DNA of 42,603 bases from a virus, in the IMG/VR virus record IMGVR_UViG_3300048574_000092, positions 1-42,603 of that record; one strand, written 5' to 3'. The notes below the pieces were generated by a model that saw only the letters and a list, made by a program, of their open reading frames with translations, ran no database searches and was not told the origin of the DNA. Made by a program: the position numbers and the translations under genes. Below are positions 30,939-40,771 of the stretch, in pieces. The first letter of the stretch is position 1, and each line of letters opens with the position of its first letter.

Positions 30939-30970
30939 AGAGCGGCGGGCAACTGCCGCTCTTTCTCTTT
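30939..30970 (+). terminator. Intrinsic terminator: AGAGCGGC-gggcaact-GCCGCTCT followed by TTCTCTTT
   Basis: A perfect 8-bp GC-rich stem plus a T-rich tail lies just after the capsid/decoration genes. Confidence 0.65.
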
Positions 30971-30981
30971 GAGGAGATCAG

Positions 30982-31197
30982 ATGAAATTCAAATTTATCG
31001 GTAGCGAGCCGTCCGAGTTCATGGGGTTCCAGTGGTATCCCGGAACCGAGCATGACGTGACGGACGATCACGCAATCCGGAAGCTTTCCAACAGCGTCCT
31101 GTTTGAGAAAGACGGAACGGAAGCGAATAAAGAGCCGAAGAAGCGCGGCGCCAAGCCCGCTCAACCCGTGAGCGACAATGGCGACGACGCGAACTGA
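30982..31197 (+). CDS. Hypothetical protein, 71 aa
   Basis: ORF preceded by GAGGAG. Confidence 0.55.
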   Translation: MKFKFIGSEPSEFMGFQWYPGTEHDVTDDHAIRKLSNSVLFEKDGTEANKEPKKRGAKPAQPVSDNGDDAN

Positions 31198-31549
31198 GCT
31201 AGAGCTGGCGACGAATGTCCTGCTGCATTTCAACATCATCGCAGCGGAGGAGTCGCCGTCGGCCAGCGACAGTACCTACGTCATCGGCCGCTATCGCGAC
31301 CTGTTCAACGAGATGACGTTGAACGACGAGACGTACTGGAACATCGGGCAGGTGCCGGCGGAAATCTTCGAGCCGCTCACCCAGATGGTCGCCCTGACGG
31401 TCGAGAAGGCGTTCGGGAAGGCGGCGGCCATGCCGCCTGCTGACTACGCCCGCAGCCTGGACGAAGGGCTGCGCATCTTGCGGCGGAGGCTGCGCCGAAC
31501 GGTCAACGTGCGCTCGGCCGAGATGCCAACCTATGCGGATGATTTCTGA
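31178..31549 (+). CDS. Head-completion / adaptor protein (P22 gp4-like by position)
   Basis: It is a 123-aa ORF immediately upstream of the gp10-like gene. The assignment rests on position only. Confidence 0.4.
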   Translation: MATTRTELELATNVLLHFNIIAAEESPSASDSTYVIGRYRDLFNEMTLNDETYWNIGQVPAEIFEPLTQMVALTVEKAFGKAAAMPPADYARSLDEGLRILRRRLRRTVNVRSAEMPTYADDF

Positions 31550-32970
31550 TGGGTATCGTTCCTCTGGCGCTTCCGTCCGGATCAAGCCAGGCCCGGTTCA
31601 ACCAGGGTGGCTCGGCGCAGCTCATCAACTGCTATCTCTCGCCCATTGGCGAAGAGGGGAAGGTCAAGAACGCAATCTATTCCTCGGATGGGTTGCAAGG
31701 TTTCGCGCTGCTTCAAGGCGTGGCGGCGGGGCAGGGATGCCGGGCCGGTATCGTGGTGGAAGGCGCCCTGTACGTCGTCGCGGGCGTGTCGCTCTATAAG
31801 GTGACAACGACCGGCGTTCAGACACTCATCGGTTCGATGAACATTTCCAAGACCGCTCCGGTATTCATGGAACGAAACCGCAGAGCGGTGCCCGACATCG
31901 CGATCGTGTGCGATGGCCTAATGTTCTACTGCCGGGGCGATGTGCTGGCGCAGGTAACGGACCCCGATCTGTTCGCGCCGATCACGCTCGCATTCTCGGA
32001 CGGGTATTTCGGGATCACAACGGCACAGAACAAATGGCAGATTGGCGCGATTGATGACGCCAGCGCTTGGGATGGACTGGACTTTGCCACGGCCGATGGC
32101 GATCCCGATGCTCTGATCCGCATCGCGGCGCTGCAGGCGCAGTTCTATCTCTTTGGCGAGAAGACAATCGAGGTTTGGCAGGACAGCGGTGGCGCGGACT
32201 TCCCATACGCCCGGTCATTCGTCATTCCCATCGGGTTGCTCGCGTCAAATTCAGTTGCAACGGTTGCCGAAACGTTTGCCTGGGTTGCTCATGATCGCAC
32301 GGTCCGATTGCTCGGATCAGGTGACAGCGCGCAGGTAATCTCGACACCCAAGGTCGAAAGCGACATTCAGGAAGTCGAAGACCCGTCAACGATCCGGGCC
32401 GCGTCCTGGTCGTCGCGAGGTCATACGTTCTATGCTCTGACCTGCCCTCAGTGGACGCACGTCTACGACACGAGAATGCAGCGTTGGCATGAGCGTCAGA
32501 CCTACAGCCGGGGGAATTGGCGTATTGCCTTCGTTGTTCCGTTCGGCACGAAACTCATCGCAGGAGATGCCGACACCGGCGCGCTCTTTGAGATGGGCCC
32601 GCAGTTCAAGGACGATGCAGGCGATCCGCTCGTGTCGTCCGTCATTCCGCCGACGGTTCACGCCTTCCCTCAGAGAGTGACGCATAACGCGCTCTATCTC
32701 GATGTGCAGAGGGGCGTTGGAACGGGCCAAGGCGATCCGCAGGACGTTGATCCGGAGATCATGCTGGAATGGTCGCATGACGGCGGGCAGACGTTCAGCA
32801 CGCAACGGATGATCAAGCTCGGACAGCAGGGTAGGAACCTGACGCGCGTCCGTACGCATCGGTTGGGACAGGCCCCTGAGAACGGCCGGGTGTACCGGTT
32901 CTCGTGGTCGGCAAAAGTCGACCGAGCGCTCTATGCCGCTTCTGCCGATCTTGAAATGGATGCGGCATGA
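31549..32970 (+). CDS. P22 gp10-like packaged-DNA stabilisation / tail hub protein
   Basis: It is 473 aa long. Segments such as ..FGEKTIEVWQDSG.., ..HTFYALT...HVYD...W.. and ..LEWSHDGGQTFSTQRMI.. parallel P22 gp10 as I recall it. Confidence 0.6.
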   Translation: MGIVPLALPSGSSQARFNQGGSAQLINCYLSPIGEEGKVKNAIYSSDGLQGFALLQGVAAGQGCRAGIVVEGALYVVAGVSLYKVTTTGVQTLIGSMNISKTAPVFMERNRRAVPDIAIVCDGLMFYCRGDVLAQVTDPDLFAPITLAFSDGYFGITTAQNKWQIGAIDDASAWDGLDFATADGDPDALIRIAALQAQFYLFGEKTIEVWQDSGGADFPYARSFVIPIGLLASNSVATVAETFAWVAHDRTVRLLGSGDSAQVISTPKVESDIQEVEDPSTIRAASWSSRGHTFYALTCPQWTHVYDTRMQRWHERQTYSRGNWRIAFVVPFGTKLIAGDADTGALFEMGPQFKDDAGDPLVSSVIPPTVHAFPQRVTHNALYLDVQRGVGTGQGDPQDVDPEIMLEWSHDGGQTFSTQRMIKLGQQGRNLTRVRTHRLGQAPENGRVYRFSWSAKVDRALYAASADLEMDAA

Positions 32971-33419
32971 CGAATACGCCGCTCGCGCCGCCGCCACCAC
33001 GGGCCTTGCTCGATCCGAACGGAAACGTCAGTGACCGGTTCTATCAGTGGCTTGGGAGTCTGCAGAAGGGGATTTCTGGGGCGTTCTCGGGCATTGGAGA
33101 AATCAACGCGCAGCAGGAAGCCATCGACTTCACCATCGAGAGCCCTGACAACCAGGACTATCTGTTCGAGATCGATTGCCCGTTCGGATACAAGATCACT
33201 CAGGTCGACAGCCAATGCCGGTCTGGAACCTGCATCGCAACGACGAAGATCGGCGTGACGGCATTAGGAGGCGGTGCGAACTCGGTTTCCACCTCGCTTC
33301 AGACGAAGACGCACACTTCGGCCAACGTCATTGCAGCGGCAGGAACATCGGTCGTTACGATCTCATCCAATAGCAGTTGTGCTGGGCTTCGCTTGACGTT
33401 CTGGATTACCCGCACGTGA
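32967..33419 (+). CDS. Tail-associated hypothetical protein, 150 aa
   Basis: ORF coupled within the late operon. Confidence 0.5.
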   Translation: MTNTPLAPPPPRALLDPNGNVSDRFYQWLGSLQKGISGAFSGIGEINAQQEAIDFTIESPDNQDYLFEIDCPFGYKITQVDSQCRSGTCIATTKIGVTALGGGANSVSTSLQTKTHTSANVIAAAGTSVVTISSNSSCAGLRLTFWITRT

Positions 33420-34066
33420 GGCGGCGCTCGATCAACTATAGCGGCAGCCCGCCGCTCATTCTGACCTACGTCGACAACCAGCAGAATACGGTCGGGTCCG
33501 GCGCCACGCATCCCGGCATGAACTTCGGGCCCGCGAACCCGAAACGCTATCTGATCGCTGCAATCGGAATCGTCAGTTCAAGTTCAGCCATAACATCCGT
33601 CACCATTGGCGGCGTCACGGCAACACAGCTTGTCGCTGTCGTCAGCAGCTTCGGCAGTGTGCGCACGGCGTTCTTTATCGCCGCCGTTCCGACGGGGACA
33701 AGCGGGGATGTAACGGTCAATGCAGGGAGTGGCGGCGTTTCGTCTGTTGCGCTTTACAGCGTCGTCAACCTGCAGAGCGCCACGCCAGTCGCAACGGCCT
33801 CGAACTTCGGATCATCACCGCTCAGCATGAGTCTGAACGGAACCAACGGCGGCTTCATTCTGGCGTCTGCGTACATGTCGGGGTCGCCGGGCGTATCGGC
33901 AGCTTGGACGGGTCTGACGACGGTCGATCTCAACAAGCAGTTCGGCGGGGGTGCTCAGCAGCATTCAGCCGGCCAGCTTATCGTGACGTCAAGCGGGAGC
34001 AAGAGCCTATCGGTCACGCTCTCTGGAACAAACGCGTTTTCGTGTGCTGCGATTTCTCTCCGCTAG
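33416..34066 (+). CDS. Tail-associated hypothetical protein, ~216 aa (GTG start overlapping upstream TGA)
   Basis: S/G/T/V-rich beta-type sequence. ATG 33377 is an alternative start. Confidence 0.5.
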   Translation: MRRRSINYSGSPPLILTYVDNQQNTVGSGATHPGMNFGPANPKRYLIAAIGIVSSSSAITSVTIGGVTATQLVAVVSSFGSVRTAFFIAAVPTGTSGDVTVNAGSGGVSSVALYSVVNLQSATPVATASNFGSSPLSMSLNGTNGGFILASAYMSGSPGVSAAWTGLTTVDLNKQFGGGAQQHSAGQLIVTSSGSKSLSVTLSGTNAFSCAAISLR

Positions 34067-34097
34067 CCGTCTCCCTCTGACTGAATAAGGAAATCCC

Positions 34098-34706
34098 ATG
34101 GGGTTCTTTTCGGACTTCACGGGCGCGTCCGCGCGCTCCGATATCAACAAGGCCAATAAGAACGCCAACGCGGCTCTCGATCAGGGCTACAACACCTCGC
34201 AGGGGTACTACGATAAGGCGGCAAGCTCTTTTGATCCGTATGTGTCGTCAGGAACCGCCGGTCAGAAAATGTACGGCGATCTTCTCGGGCTCAACGGCAC
34301 CGACGCGAGGTCATCGGCTCAGGGCATCATCACATCCGACCCGCTCTGGTCGGGAAAGCTTGGTGAAGACACCAACGCCGTTCTGAAAAACCTCAATGCG
34401 CGAGGTATGGGCGCCTCCGGCACCGCGGCGCTCGCCGGTCAACGTGTTCTGCTTCAGAACTACAACGATGTGCTCGACCGATATCAGGGCATGGGCCAGA
34501 CGGGCCTCTCGGCCACGGGACAGCAGGCCGGTGTTCGAACGGCACAAGGCGATAACGCGTATGGCTTCGGAGCGACGAAAGCGAACCAAGCGCTCCAGTA
34601 CGGAAACGCGATGGCCGGAACACGAAACACTGGCCTGAATAACGTCCTCGCTGTGCTCGGAACCGGTGCCAAGGCTTACGGCGCCTACAACGGGATGAAG
34701 ACCTGA
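34098..34706 (+). CDS. Internal virion / ejection protein (P22 gp7-like by position)
   Basis: It is 202 aa long and G/A/Q/N-rich. It is the first of three consecutive genes whose sizes parallel P22 gp7, gp20 and gp16. Confidence 0.45.
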   Translation: MGFFSDFTGASARSDINKANKNANAALDQGYNTSQGYYDKAASSFDPYVSSGTAGQKMYGDLLGLNGTDARSSAQGIITSDPLWSGKLGEDTNAVLKNLNARGMGASGTAALAGQRVLLQNYNDVLDRYQGMGQTGLSATGQQAGVRTAQGDNAYGFGATKANQALQYGNAMAGTRNTGLNNVLAVLGTGAKAYGAYNGMKT

Positions 34707-36028
34707 TGGCAAACTATTACGTACCGCTGGCGCAGCAGACTCCCGGTCAAGGGATCAACCTAGAGCCGGTCAACGCTGCACTCGACAGCATCATGCAGCA
34801 GAACAATCAGAACCGAGCCTATGCGTTTCAGCAGAAGCAGTTTGACGCGAACCAACAGCAGCGGCAGTTCGAGAACGCGCGCGCGACGAAGCAGGACGCG
34901 GCGCAGCAGGTGAAGATGTTCGGGGACCAAGCCACAGCAGTTGATCAGATGACCGACCCGAACCAGCGTGCGGCCGCATGGAAGAGCATTCTTGCCCGGC
35001 ACGGCACCAATGGACTTTCCCCGGAAGAGCTTGATCCCGTGTCAGGCCCAAAGCTTATGGCAGCACAAGCGGGGCAGTTCCTCGATCCGCGAGACATCCA
35101 AGCGAAGGATCTAGCGCTTCAGGAAACGCGGGCCAAGATCAACAAGCTCAACGTCGAAGCGCAGAACGGCGGCGAAGCCTACGGCAAGACAGGAGCGATC
35201 TTCCTCAATCCCGAGACGGGCCGCTATGAGGCGGTGCAGTTCGGCGGCCGCGGACAGGTCAAGCGCACAGAGCTTGGAGGACTCACACCATCGAAGGGCG
35301 TTGAAACCGTCGGTGATCAGCTGATCGACAAGGCTACCGGCCAGCCTGTTCGGAATGTCGGGGCGAATATAGCCGAAGGTGAACGCCAGAAAGTCGTCGG
35401 GCGCGAGACGGGCGAAGGGCAGATGAATTTGCCCAAGAACGCAATGGCCGTGCAGCAAAGCAAGGTTCAAAACGACGTCGTTATCGAAAACATCGACAAG
35501 GCGCTAAATGCCGCCGACGGCTATACCACAGGCTTCTCTGGGGCCATCACCAGCAACATTCCAGGCACAAAGGCTTACGATCTCAGCCAGACGCTGGCTA
35601 CGGTCAAAGCCAATCTTGGCTTCGACAAACTGCAGGCCATGCGTGACGCATCACCGACCGGTGGTGCGCTCGGCCAGGTATCCGAGATGGAAAACCGACT
35701 TCTGCAATCGGTGTGGGGCTCGGTCGAACAATCACAGTCGCCCACCCAACTGAAAAAGAACCTGCAGGATATCAAGAACCTTCGTCAACGGTTCCAGCGG
35801 ATGAAGGAGCAAGCGTACGAAACGGACGTGAAACGTTTCGGCAAAGCAAACGTACCGAGCCTGGACACAGGGAAATTGCCGAATGCCCCGCAGGCCCCTC
35901 CAGAGGCCGCCGCATCGCGCGACCCGTCCAACGCGCCGGTGCGCGTGAACACTCCTGACGAAGCGCTATCGCTGCCATCAGGGACGGTATTCATGACGCC
36001 TGACGGGCGTACGAAAGTGAGACCATAG
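34706..36028 (+). CDS. Internal virion / ejection protein (gp20-like by position)
   Basis: 440 aa, with a Q-rich N-terminus. Confidence 0.45.
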   Translation: MANYYVPLAQQTPGQGINLEPVNAALDSIMQQNNQNRAYAFQQKQFDANQQQRQFENARATKQDAAQQVKMFGDQATAVDQMTDPNQRAAAWKSILARHGTNGLSPEELDPVSGPKLMAAQAGQFLDPRDIQAKDLALQETRAKINKLNVEAQNGGEAYGKTGAIFLNPETGRYEAVQFGGRGQVKRTELGGLTPSKGVETVGDQLIDKATGQPVRNVGANIAEGERQKVVGRETGEGQMNLPKNAMAVQQSKVQNDVVIENIDKALNAADGYTTGFSGAITSNIPGTKAYDLSQTLATVKANLGFDKLQAMRDASPTGGALGQVSEMENRLLQSVWGSVEQSQSPTQLKKNLQDIKNLRQRFQRMKEQAYETDVKRFGKANVPSLDTGKLPNAPQAPPEAAASRDPSNAPVRVNTPDEALSLPSGTVFMTPDGRTKVRP

Positions 36029-36030
36029 CA

Positions 36031-37647
36031 ATGGTAGACGCTTGGGACCAATTTCCGGATCCGCCAAAACCTCAGAATGAGAGCGATCCGTGGTCGCAAT
36101 TTCCCGATCATTCGCTGTCATGGGCAGACGTTCCGGGACAGGCGATTAACAACCTTCCAGCGAGCGCGCTCGGCGTTGCGGAAGGCATCGCCAACACCGT
36201 CATGCACCCGATCGATACGGCGCAAGGTCTGTACAATATCGGCAAGGGGGCTGTCTCGAAAGCCGCCGGCGTTCTCGGCGTTGAACAAGAGCCCGAAACA
36301 AAGGCGCAGAACGAAGCCGCGATAAACGCCGTGGGTCAATTCTTCGCCGATCGCTACGGCGGGATGGAGAACTTCAAGAGGACAATTGCGGAAGACCCGG
36401 CCGGTTTTGCTCTCGACTTGTCGACAATTCTGAGTGGTGGACAGGCGGCGCTGGCGCGTGTTCCTGGCGCGGCGCGCGCCGCAACCACTGTCGGGAAGGT
36501 GGCTGAAGCGATAAACCCCGTCAATCTAGCCGGGCGGGCTGTCACGGGAATTCCGATTCCGAAAACTGGCCTGAAGGCCGGGGCGGAGCCTGTCGTTTCA
36601 AATGTGCTCGGCATGACGACCGGCACGGGTGAAGGACCGGTGAGACAAGCTGCGCGCGCTGGCTTTCAGCGCAACAAGGCGTTTGCCGACAATATGCGTG
36701 GCAACGTCCCGATGACGGATGTTATCGATCAGGCCCAGTTTGCGGTCGGACGAATGCGACAGGATCGAAGCGCCGAGTATCAGGCGGGCATGACGCAAGC
36801 CAACCAAGCGGCCGGGCACGTCGGATATCAGCCAATCCATCAAGCTTTGGTCGATGCCGACAAAATGGTGAACTTTCAAGGCCTCGCTAAAAGCGCTGAA
36901 GCAGCCAAGACGTTAGAGCAAATTAAAGACCTCGTTTCGCAGTGGCGCGGCTTAAGCACGCCGCATACGGTCGAAGCAGCAGACGCGCTGAAGCAGGCTA
37001 TCGGGGAAATCCGCCAGAAGACGCAACCGGGAACGCTCGAACGTCGCGTTGCGGACAGTGTCTATAATGCTGCCAAGTCTTCGATTGTTCAGCAGGCGCC
37101 AGAATACGCCAAGGCGATGAAGGGATATGCCGATGCTTCCGATAAAATCAACGAATTAGAACGCACGTTCTCTTTGGGAGAAAAGGCGAGCCAGGATACT
37201 GCCCTCAGGAAGTTGCAGTCTACGCAGCGCAACAACGTGCAGACCAACTACGGGCAGCGCAATGCCCTTCTCGACGAACTCGCCCGGTATGAGCCGGACT
37301 TGCCATTTGCTTTGGCAGGCCAATCCATGAACGCGGCGCTTCCGCGAGGACTTGCCGGAAAGGTCGGCGCTATCAGCGTAGGAAGCAACGGTGGAATGGC
37401 AATGCACGGACTTCCGGCGATTATGAACCCAGCCACTCTTGCTATGCTACCGACATTCTCACCACGCGTGGTAGGGGAAGCCGCCTACGCCGGTGGTCGC
37501 GTGGCAAATGCTCTAATGCCCATCGCGCAATACATTCCGGAAGCGGTTAAAGCGGGCTACGTCGTCAATGCGCTCGCGCAGCCAAGCCTTCGCGGCGGTA
37601 TTGGCCCTCGATATGACGAGAACGGTAATCCGATTTCGGTTCCGTAG
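36031..37647 (+). CDS. Internal virion / ejection protein (gp16-like by position)
   Basis: 538 aa, A/G-rich. Confidence 0.45.
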   Translation: MVDAWDQFPDPPKPQNESDPWSQFPDHSLSWADVPGQAINNLPASALGVAEGIANTVMHPIDTAQGLYNIGKGAVSKAAGVLGVEQEPETKAQNEAAINAVGQFFADRYGGMENFKRTIAEDPAGFALDLSTILSGGQAALARVPGAARAATTVGKVAEAINPVNLAGRAVTGIPIPKTGLKAGAEPVVSNVLGMTTGTGEGPVRQAARAGFQRNKAFADNMRGNVPMTDVIDQAQFAVGRMRQDRSAEYQAGMTQANQAAGHVGYQPIHQALVDADKMVNFQGLAKSAEAAKTLEQIKDLVSQWRGLSTPHTVEAADALKQAIGEIRQKTQPGTLERRVADSVYNAAKSSIVQQAPEYAKAMKGYADASDKINELERTFSLGEKASQDTALRKLQSTQRNNVQTNYGQRNALLDELARYEPDLPFALAGQSMNAALPRGLAGKVGAISVGSNGGMAMHGLPAIMNPATLAMLPTFSPRVVGEAAYAGGRVANALMPIAQYIPEAVKAGYVVNALAQPSLRGGIGPRYDENGNPISVP

Positions 37648-37737
37648 TCAGAAGTATTCTTTCACCAAAGCGACAAGCACAACGATCGCATAGCACACCG
37701 CTGCTGTGCCGATGGTCCATTGGAAAAACTCTAGCAT
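37648..37737 (-). CDS. 29-aa hydrophobic peptide on the opposite strand
   Basis: Hand translation gives MLEFFQWTIGTAAVCYAIVVLVALVKEYF, with GGGGGA 8 nt upstream. It fills the only gap between the ejection and fibre genes. Confidence 0.3.
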   Translation of the reverse strand: MLEFFQWTIGTAAVCYAIVVLVALVKEYF

Positions 37738-37751
37738 TCGGAATCCCCCGC

Positions 37752-39101
37752 ATGACTGACTCAACCTATGTGTTCCCCCCTGGGGAACGCATCACAGATG
37801 ATTCAACCGGTGCTCCGATCTCTGGAGCGACGATCTATTTCTATGACGCTCAGACCACGAACCCTAAAACGGTCTATGCCGATGCCGATCTGACCGCAAG
37901 TCTCGGGACTTCGGTTGTCACGGATTCCCAAGGCTATCCGACATCCAACGGCATCACCCGAACCCTGATCTATGTCGGGACGGCATCGTATAAGCTGGTG
38001 ATCAAGGACAGCAGCAGCAACATCATCGCGACGCACGATAATATCCCCGGCGCCGTGGTTTCTGCATCGTCCAGCGATGTTGCGGTCACCGCATCGTTTC
38101 CCGTCGTCACGAAATCCCTGAATTACACGGTCGTCAAAGACGATCAGAACAGCCTGTTCAAAATCAATTGCTCATCAGGCGACGTGACGCTCACCCTGCC
38201 GTCTGCGGTGGCAATGGGGAACGGCTGGTGCATTAGGGTCCAACACGCCGGATCGGCAAATCAGGCAATCCTTGCAACTGTATCCTCGCAGCTCATTTCC
38301 GAAGGCTCGAAATCGTTTTCGACCGGATATGCGCTGGCGCTCAACGGCGAAGACATCGAACTCAGGTCGGATGGTGGAAACTGGAACGTCGTTTCTCACA
38401 CTTCGCCTTTCGTCAAGCTCGCCCAGGGCATCATCCCGATCACGGATAGGCTTTCAGCTCCGCCGGTCTCTCCGCAGCATGGGGCGCTCTATCTGCTCAC
38501 CGCATCTCCGTCCGGCGCATGGTCGACATTCTCCCAGCACGACATCGTGCAGTACCACGGTGGATCGACGGCTTGGGTGAACTTCACCCCGTACACGGAT
38601 TGCGGATGGGTTGCGTACGTCGCGGACGAGAACATCACCTATCAATTCATAGACAGTGCGTGGGTCGCGAGCACAGCGACGAATTCATTTGCCGGACGAT
38701 TGAAGACGGCAACGCAAGCGGTCCAGGAAACGGCGACGGCAACCGATACCGCCGTCACACCGGCAACGCAGCAGTCCCACCCAAGCTCCCCGAAATGGTG
38801 GCTGGAAGCCACGGTATCGGGCGGCACTCCGAGCGTTGCAGACTCGTACAACAACACGTCAATAACCGATACGAACCTGGGCGTTTTGACAGCAACGATC
38901 GCGACTGACTTTTCCAGTGCGAACTGGGTCTGTCACATAACCTGCCGGGGGCCGGACTCCACCCAAGGGCGTGCTGGATGGGTATACGACTCGTCTCAGT
39001 CCGCAGGAGCAATTACCGGTCTCTGCTACACACTTGGTAGTTCATCGCCCTCGAATACAGATCCGTCGGCTTGGTATCTCTCAGGGCTTGGCGATCAATG
39101 A
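37752..39101 (+). CDS. Tail fibre protein
   Basis: ..ISGATIYFYDAQTTNPKTVYADADLTASLGTSVVTDSQGYPTSNG..LIYVGTASYKLVIKDSSSN.. is a widely conserved tail-fibre N-terminal pattern. Confidence 0.7.
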   Translation: MTDSTYVFPPGERITDDSTGAPISGATIYFYDAQTTNPKTVYADADLTASLGTSVVTDSQGYPTSNGITRTLIYVGTASYKLVIKDSSSNIIATHDNIPGAVVSASSSDVAVTASFPVVTKSLNYTVVKDDQNSLFKINCSSGDVTLTLPSAVAMGNGWCIRVQHAGSANQAILATVSSQLISEGSKSFSTGYALALNGEDIELRSDGGNWNVVSHTSPFVKLAQGIIPITDRLSAPPVSPQHGALYLLTASPSGAWSTFSQHDIVQYHGGSTAWVNFTPYTDCGWVAYVADENITYQFIDSAWVASTATNSFAGRLKTATQAVQETATATDTAVTPATQQSHPSSPKWWLEATVSGGTPSVADSYNNTSITDTNLGVLTATIATDFSSANWVCHITCRGPDSTQGRAGWVYDSSQSAGAITGLCYTLGSSSPSNTDPSAWYLSGLGDQ

Positions 39102-39640
39102 CGCGGGAGAGAATTCTCGACACCAGATCGGGAGGGACGGTTGCCGTCACCTGCCCGGCAGAGAGCGGCATCAGCTATTTGATGCGCGGGGCCTCCGATC
39201 CGTTTCACCCTTGGTATGGACGGGGATGGTGGTTCTGGATTGTCCAGTTCAACCGGATGCTGGCGCGCGGCGTGAAGCCAGGAGCCGCATATCGATACGC
39301 CCGGATGATGATGACCGGCGGATGCAGCCGGCGGCAGGCAATCGAGATCATCGCGGAACGGGACTGCGGACATTTGGGGACGGCCATCGAGATTGTCGAC
39401 ATCGACGACCTTCCTGCGGACCGAACCTACCGGATGGCCTGGCGCCGATCGGAAAACGGTGGGCCTGTCTGGGTTGACGAGGACCGCGCCCAGCAAATCG
39501 ATGAAGAGCGCATGTGGAGAGACTTCGATGCGAGAGCCGGAAAATATGAGTTGGTATGCAGTGACGGTAGCGGACGGAACGGAGCGGGCGATGCATGCGG
39601 TTATGTCTTGCGCTCCGGAACACGCGCGACCAATCAGTGA
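39098..39640 (+). CDS. Hypothetical protein, 180 aa
   Basis: It shows ATGA overlap with the fibre stop. The last ~35 aa look non-coding. Confidence 0.5.
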   Translation: MTRERILDTRSGGTVAVTCPAESGISYLMRGASDPFHPWYGRGWWFWIVQFNRMLARGVKPGAAYRYARMMMTGGCSRRQAIEIIAERDCGHLGTAIEIVDIDDLPADRTYRMAWRRSENGGPVWVDEDRAQQIDEERMWRDFDARAGKYELVCSDGSGRNGAGDACGYVLRSGTRATNQ

Positions 39641-39812
39641 ACAGGAAGCGCGGGCGATCTCGGCCGCGCTTCGGCTCGAGCGCGGGGACGCTCCGGCGGC
39701 CGCTGTCGACCTTTCCAGCATTCACGCGCGCCTCGAAGCCATCACCAGTCAGGTTGAACGCGTTGAAGGCGCTGTCAACGACATGACGGTGGGCCTCACG
39801 GGGGAGAAGTAA
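39528..39812 (+). CDS. Hypothetical protein, ~94 aa
   Basis: Start at MREPENMSWYAV, preceded by GGAGAG. It overlaps the previous ORF by 113 nt in another frame. Confidence 0.45.
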   Translation: MREPENMSWYAVTVADGTERAMHAVMSCAPEHARPISEQEARAISAALRLERGDAPAAAVDLSSIHARLEAITSQVERVEGAVNDMTVGLTGEK

Positions 39813-39814
39813 GG

Positions 39815-40771
39815 ATGAAGGCTCCGACCTTTGCGCAGATCAAGGACGAGTACACGAGGCTCTGGGCGACGGCTGTCACAAGATCATCGTTCAAGGCACC
39901 AATAGAAGCCTCGGCGAACAAAATCATCGCCAACAGAGCCAAATACGAAGCCGTTGGCGCGATGACTAAGGTGCCATGGTTCGTTGTCGGTCTCATTCAT
40001 CAGATGGAGGCCGGGTGCCGGTTCACCTGCCATCTGCACAACGGTGATCCGCTTTCCGCCAAGACGGTGAACGTTCCGAAAGGCCGCCCGCTCAAGGGGA
40101 CGCCCGTATTTCCTTGGGAGGATTCCGCCTGCGACGCTCTTTTGATGAAGGGCATGAACACGGTCGCCGATTGGACGGTTGAGCGCATCTGCTACGAGCT
40201 CGAGCGATACAATGGTTTCGGTTACCGACTTTATCACCCGACGACGCTGACGCCGTATCTGTGGAGTGGAACGACGCTTTACGCCCGCGGCAAGTACATC
40301 AAAGACGGGAAGTGGTCATCGGAGGCCGTGTCTACCCAAAGCGGCGCCATGGCGATCCTGAGAAAGCTGATGGAGTTGGACCCGACCATTCTTGCGGCTC
40401 CCGTCGTAGCGGAGCCGGCGGCTTACAGCCTTCCAGCGCCACCGCTACCAGAAGAAACGTCGGGAGACAGCTTTTCAAAGGCTAATGAAAAGCAGATGTC
40501 CATCGGAAGGAAGATCATGCTCTGGCTCGGCATCGGTGGTGCCGTTGGGCAGACGGCCCAGCAGCTCATGCCGGAAGATCCAATCGGAACAGCCGAGCAT
40601 GTTCTCGACACAGGTCAGCGCATTCGAGGGGTCGGCCAACGCGGCCACGAGCTCGGATCATGGGCGTTCTCATTCGCTGGCTGGCCGTACGCCCTCGCAG
40701 CCGCGCTCGCAGGCGGCGGGCTCTACTGGCTGCTCTGCCACTATCTCCCGAGCAAGCAGGAGACGCCGTGA
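39815..40771 (+). CDS. COG5526-type lysozyme-family protein with two C-terminal TM helices (probable endolysin)
   Basis: ..VPWFVVGLIHQMEAGCRFTCHLHNGDPLSAKTVNVPKGRP...ELERYNGFGYR...YLWSGTTLYARGKYIKDGKW.. matches that family. The C-terminus has IMLWLGIGGAVG.. and WAFSFAGWPYALAAALAGGGLYWLL. Confidence 0.65.
   Translation: MKAPTFAQIKDEYTRLWATAVTRSSFKAPIEASANKIIANRAKYEAVGAMTKVPWFVVGLIHQMEAGCRFTCHLHNGDPLSAKTVNVPKGRPLKGTPVFPWEDSACDALLMKGMNTVADWTVERICYELERYNGFGYRLYHPTTLTPYLWSGTTLYARGKYIKDGKWSSEAVSTQSGAMAILRKLMELDPTILAAPVVAEPAAYSLPAPPLPEETSGDSFSKANEKQMSIGRKIMLWLGIGGAVGQTAQQLMPEDPIGTAEHVLDTGQRIRGVGQRGHELGSWAFSFAGWPYALAAALAGGGLYWLLCHYLPSKQETP

Noticed and set aside
31549-39101. Diversity-generating retroelement (the capsid resembles the BPP-1 type, so I looked for RT/TR/VR)
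   Set aside because: No ORF with reverse-transcriptase motifs (YxDD) exists on either strand. I saw no ~100-bp repeat of a fibre-gene 3' end. An exhaustive repeat search was not possible by eye.
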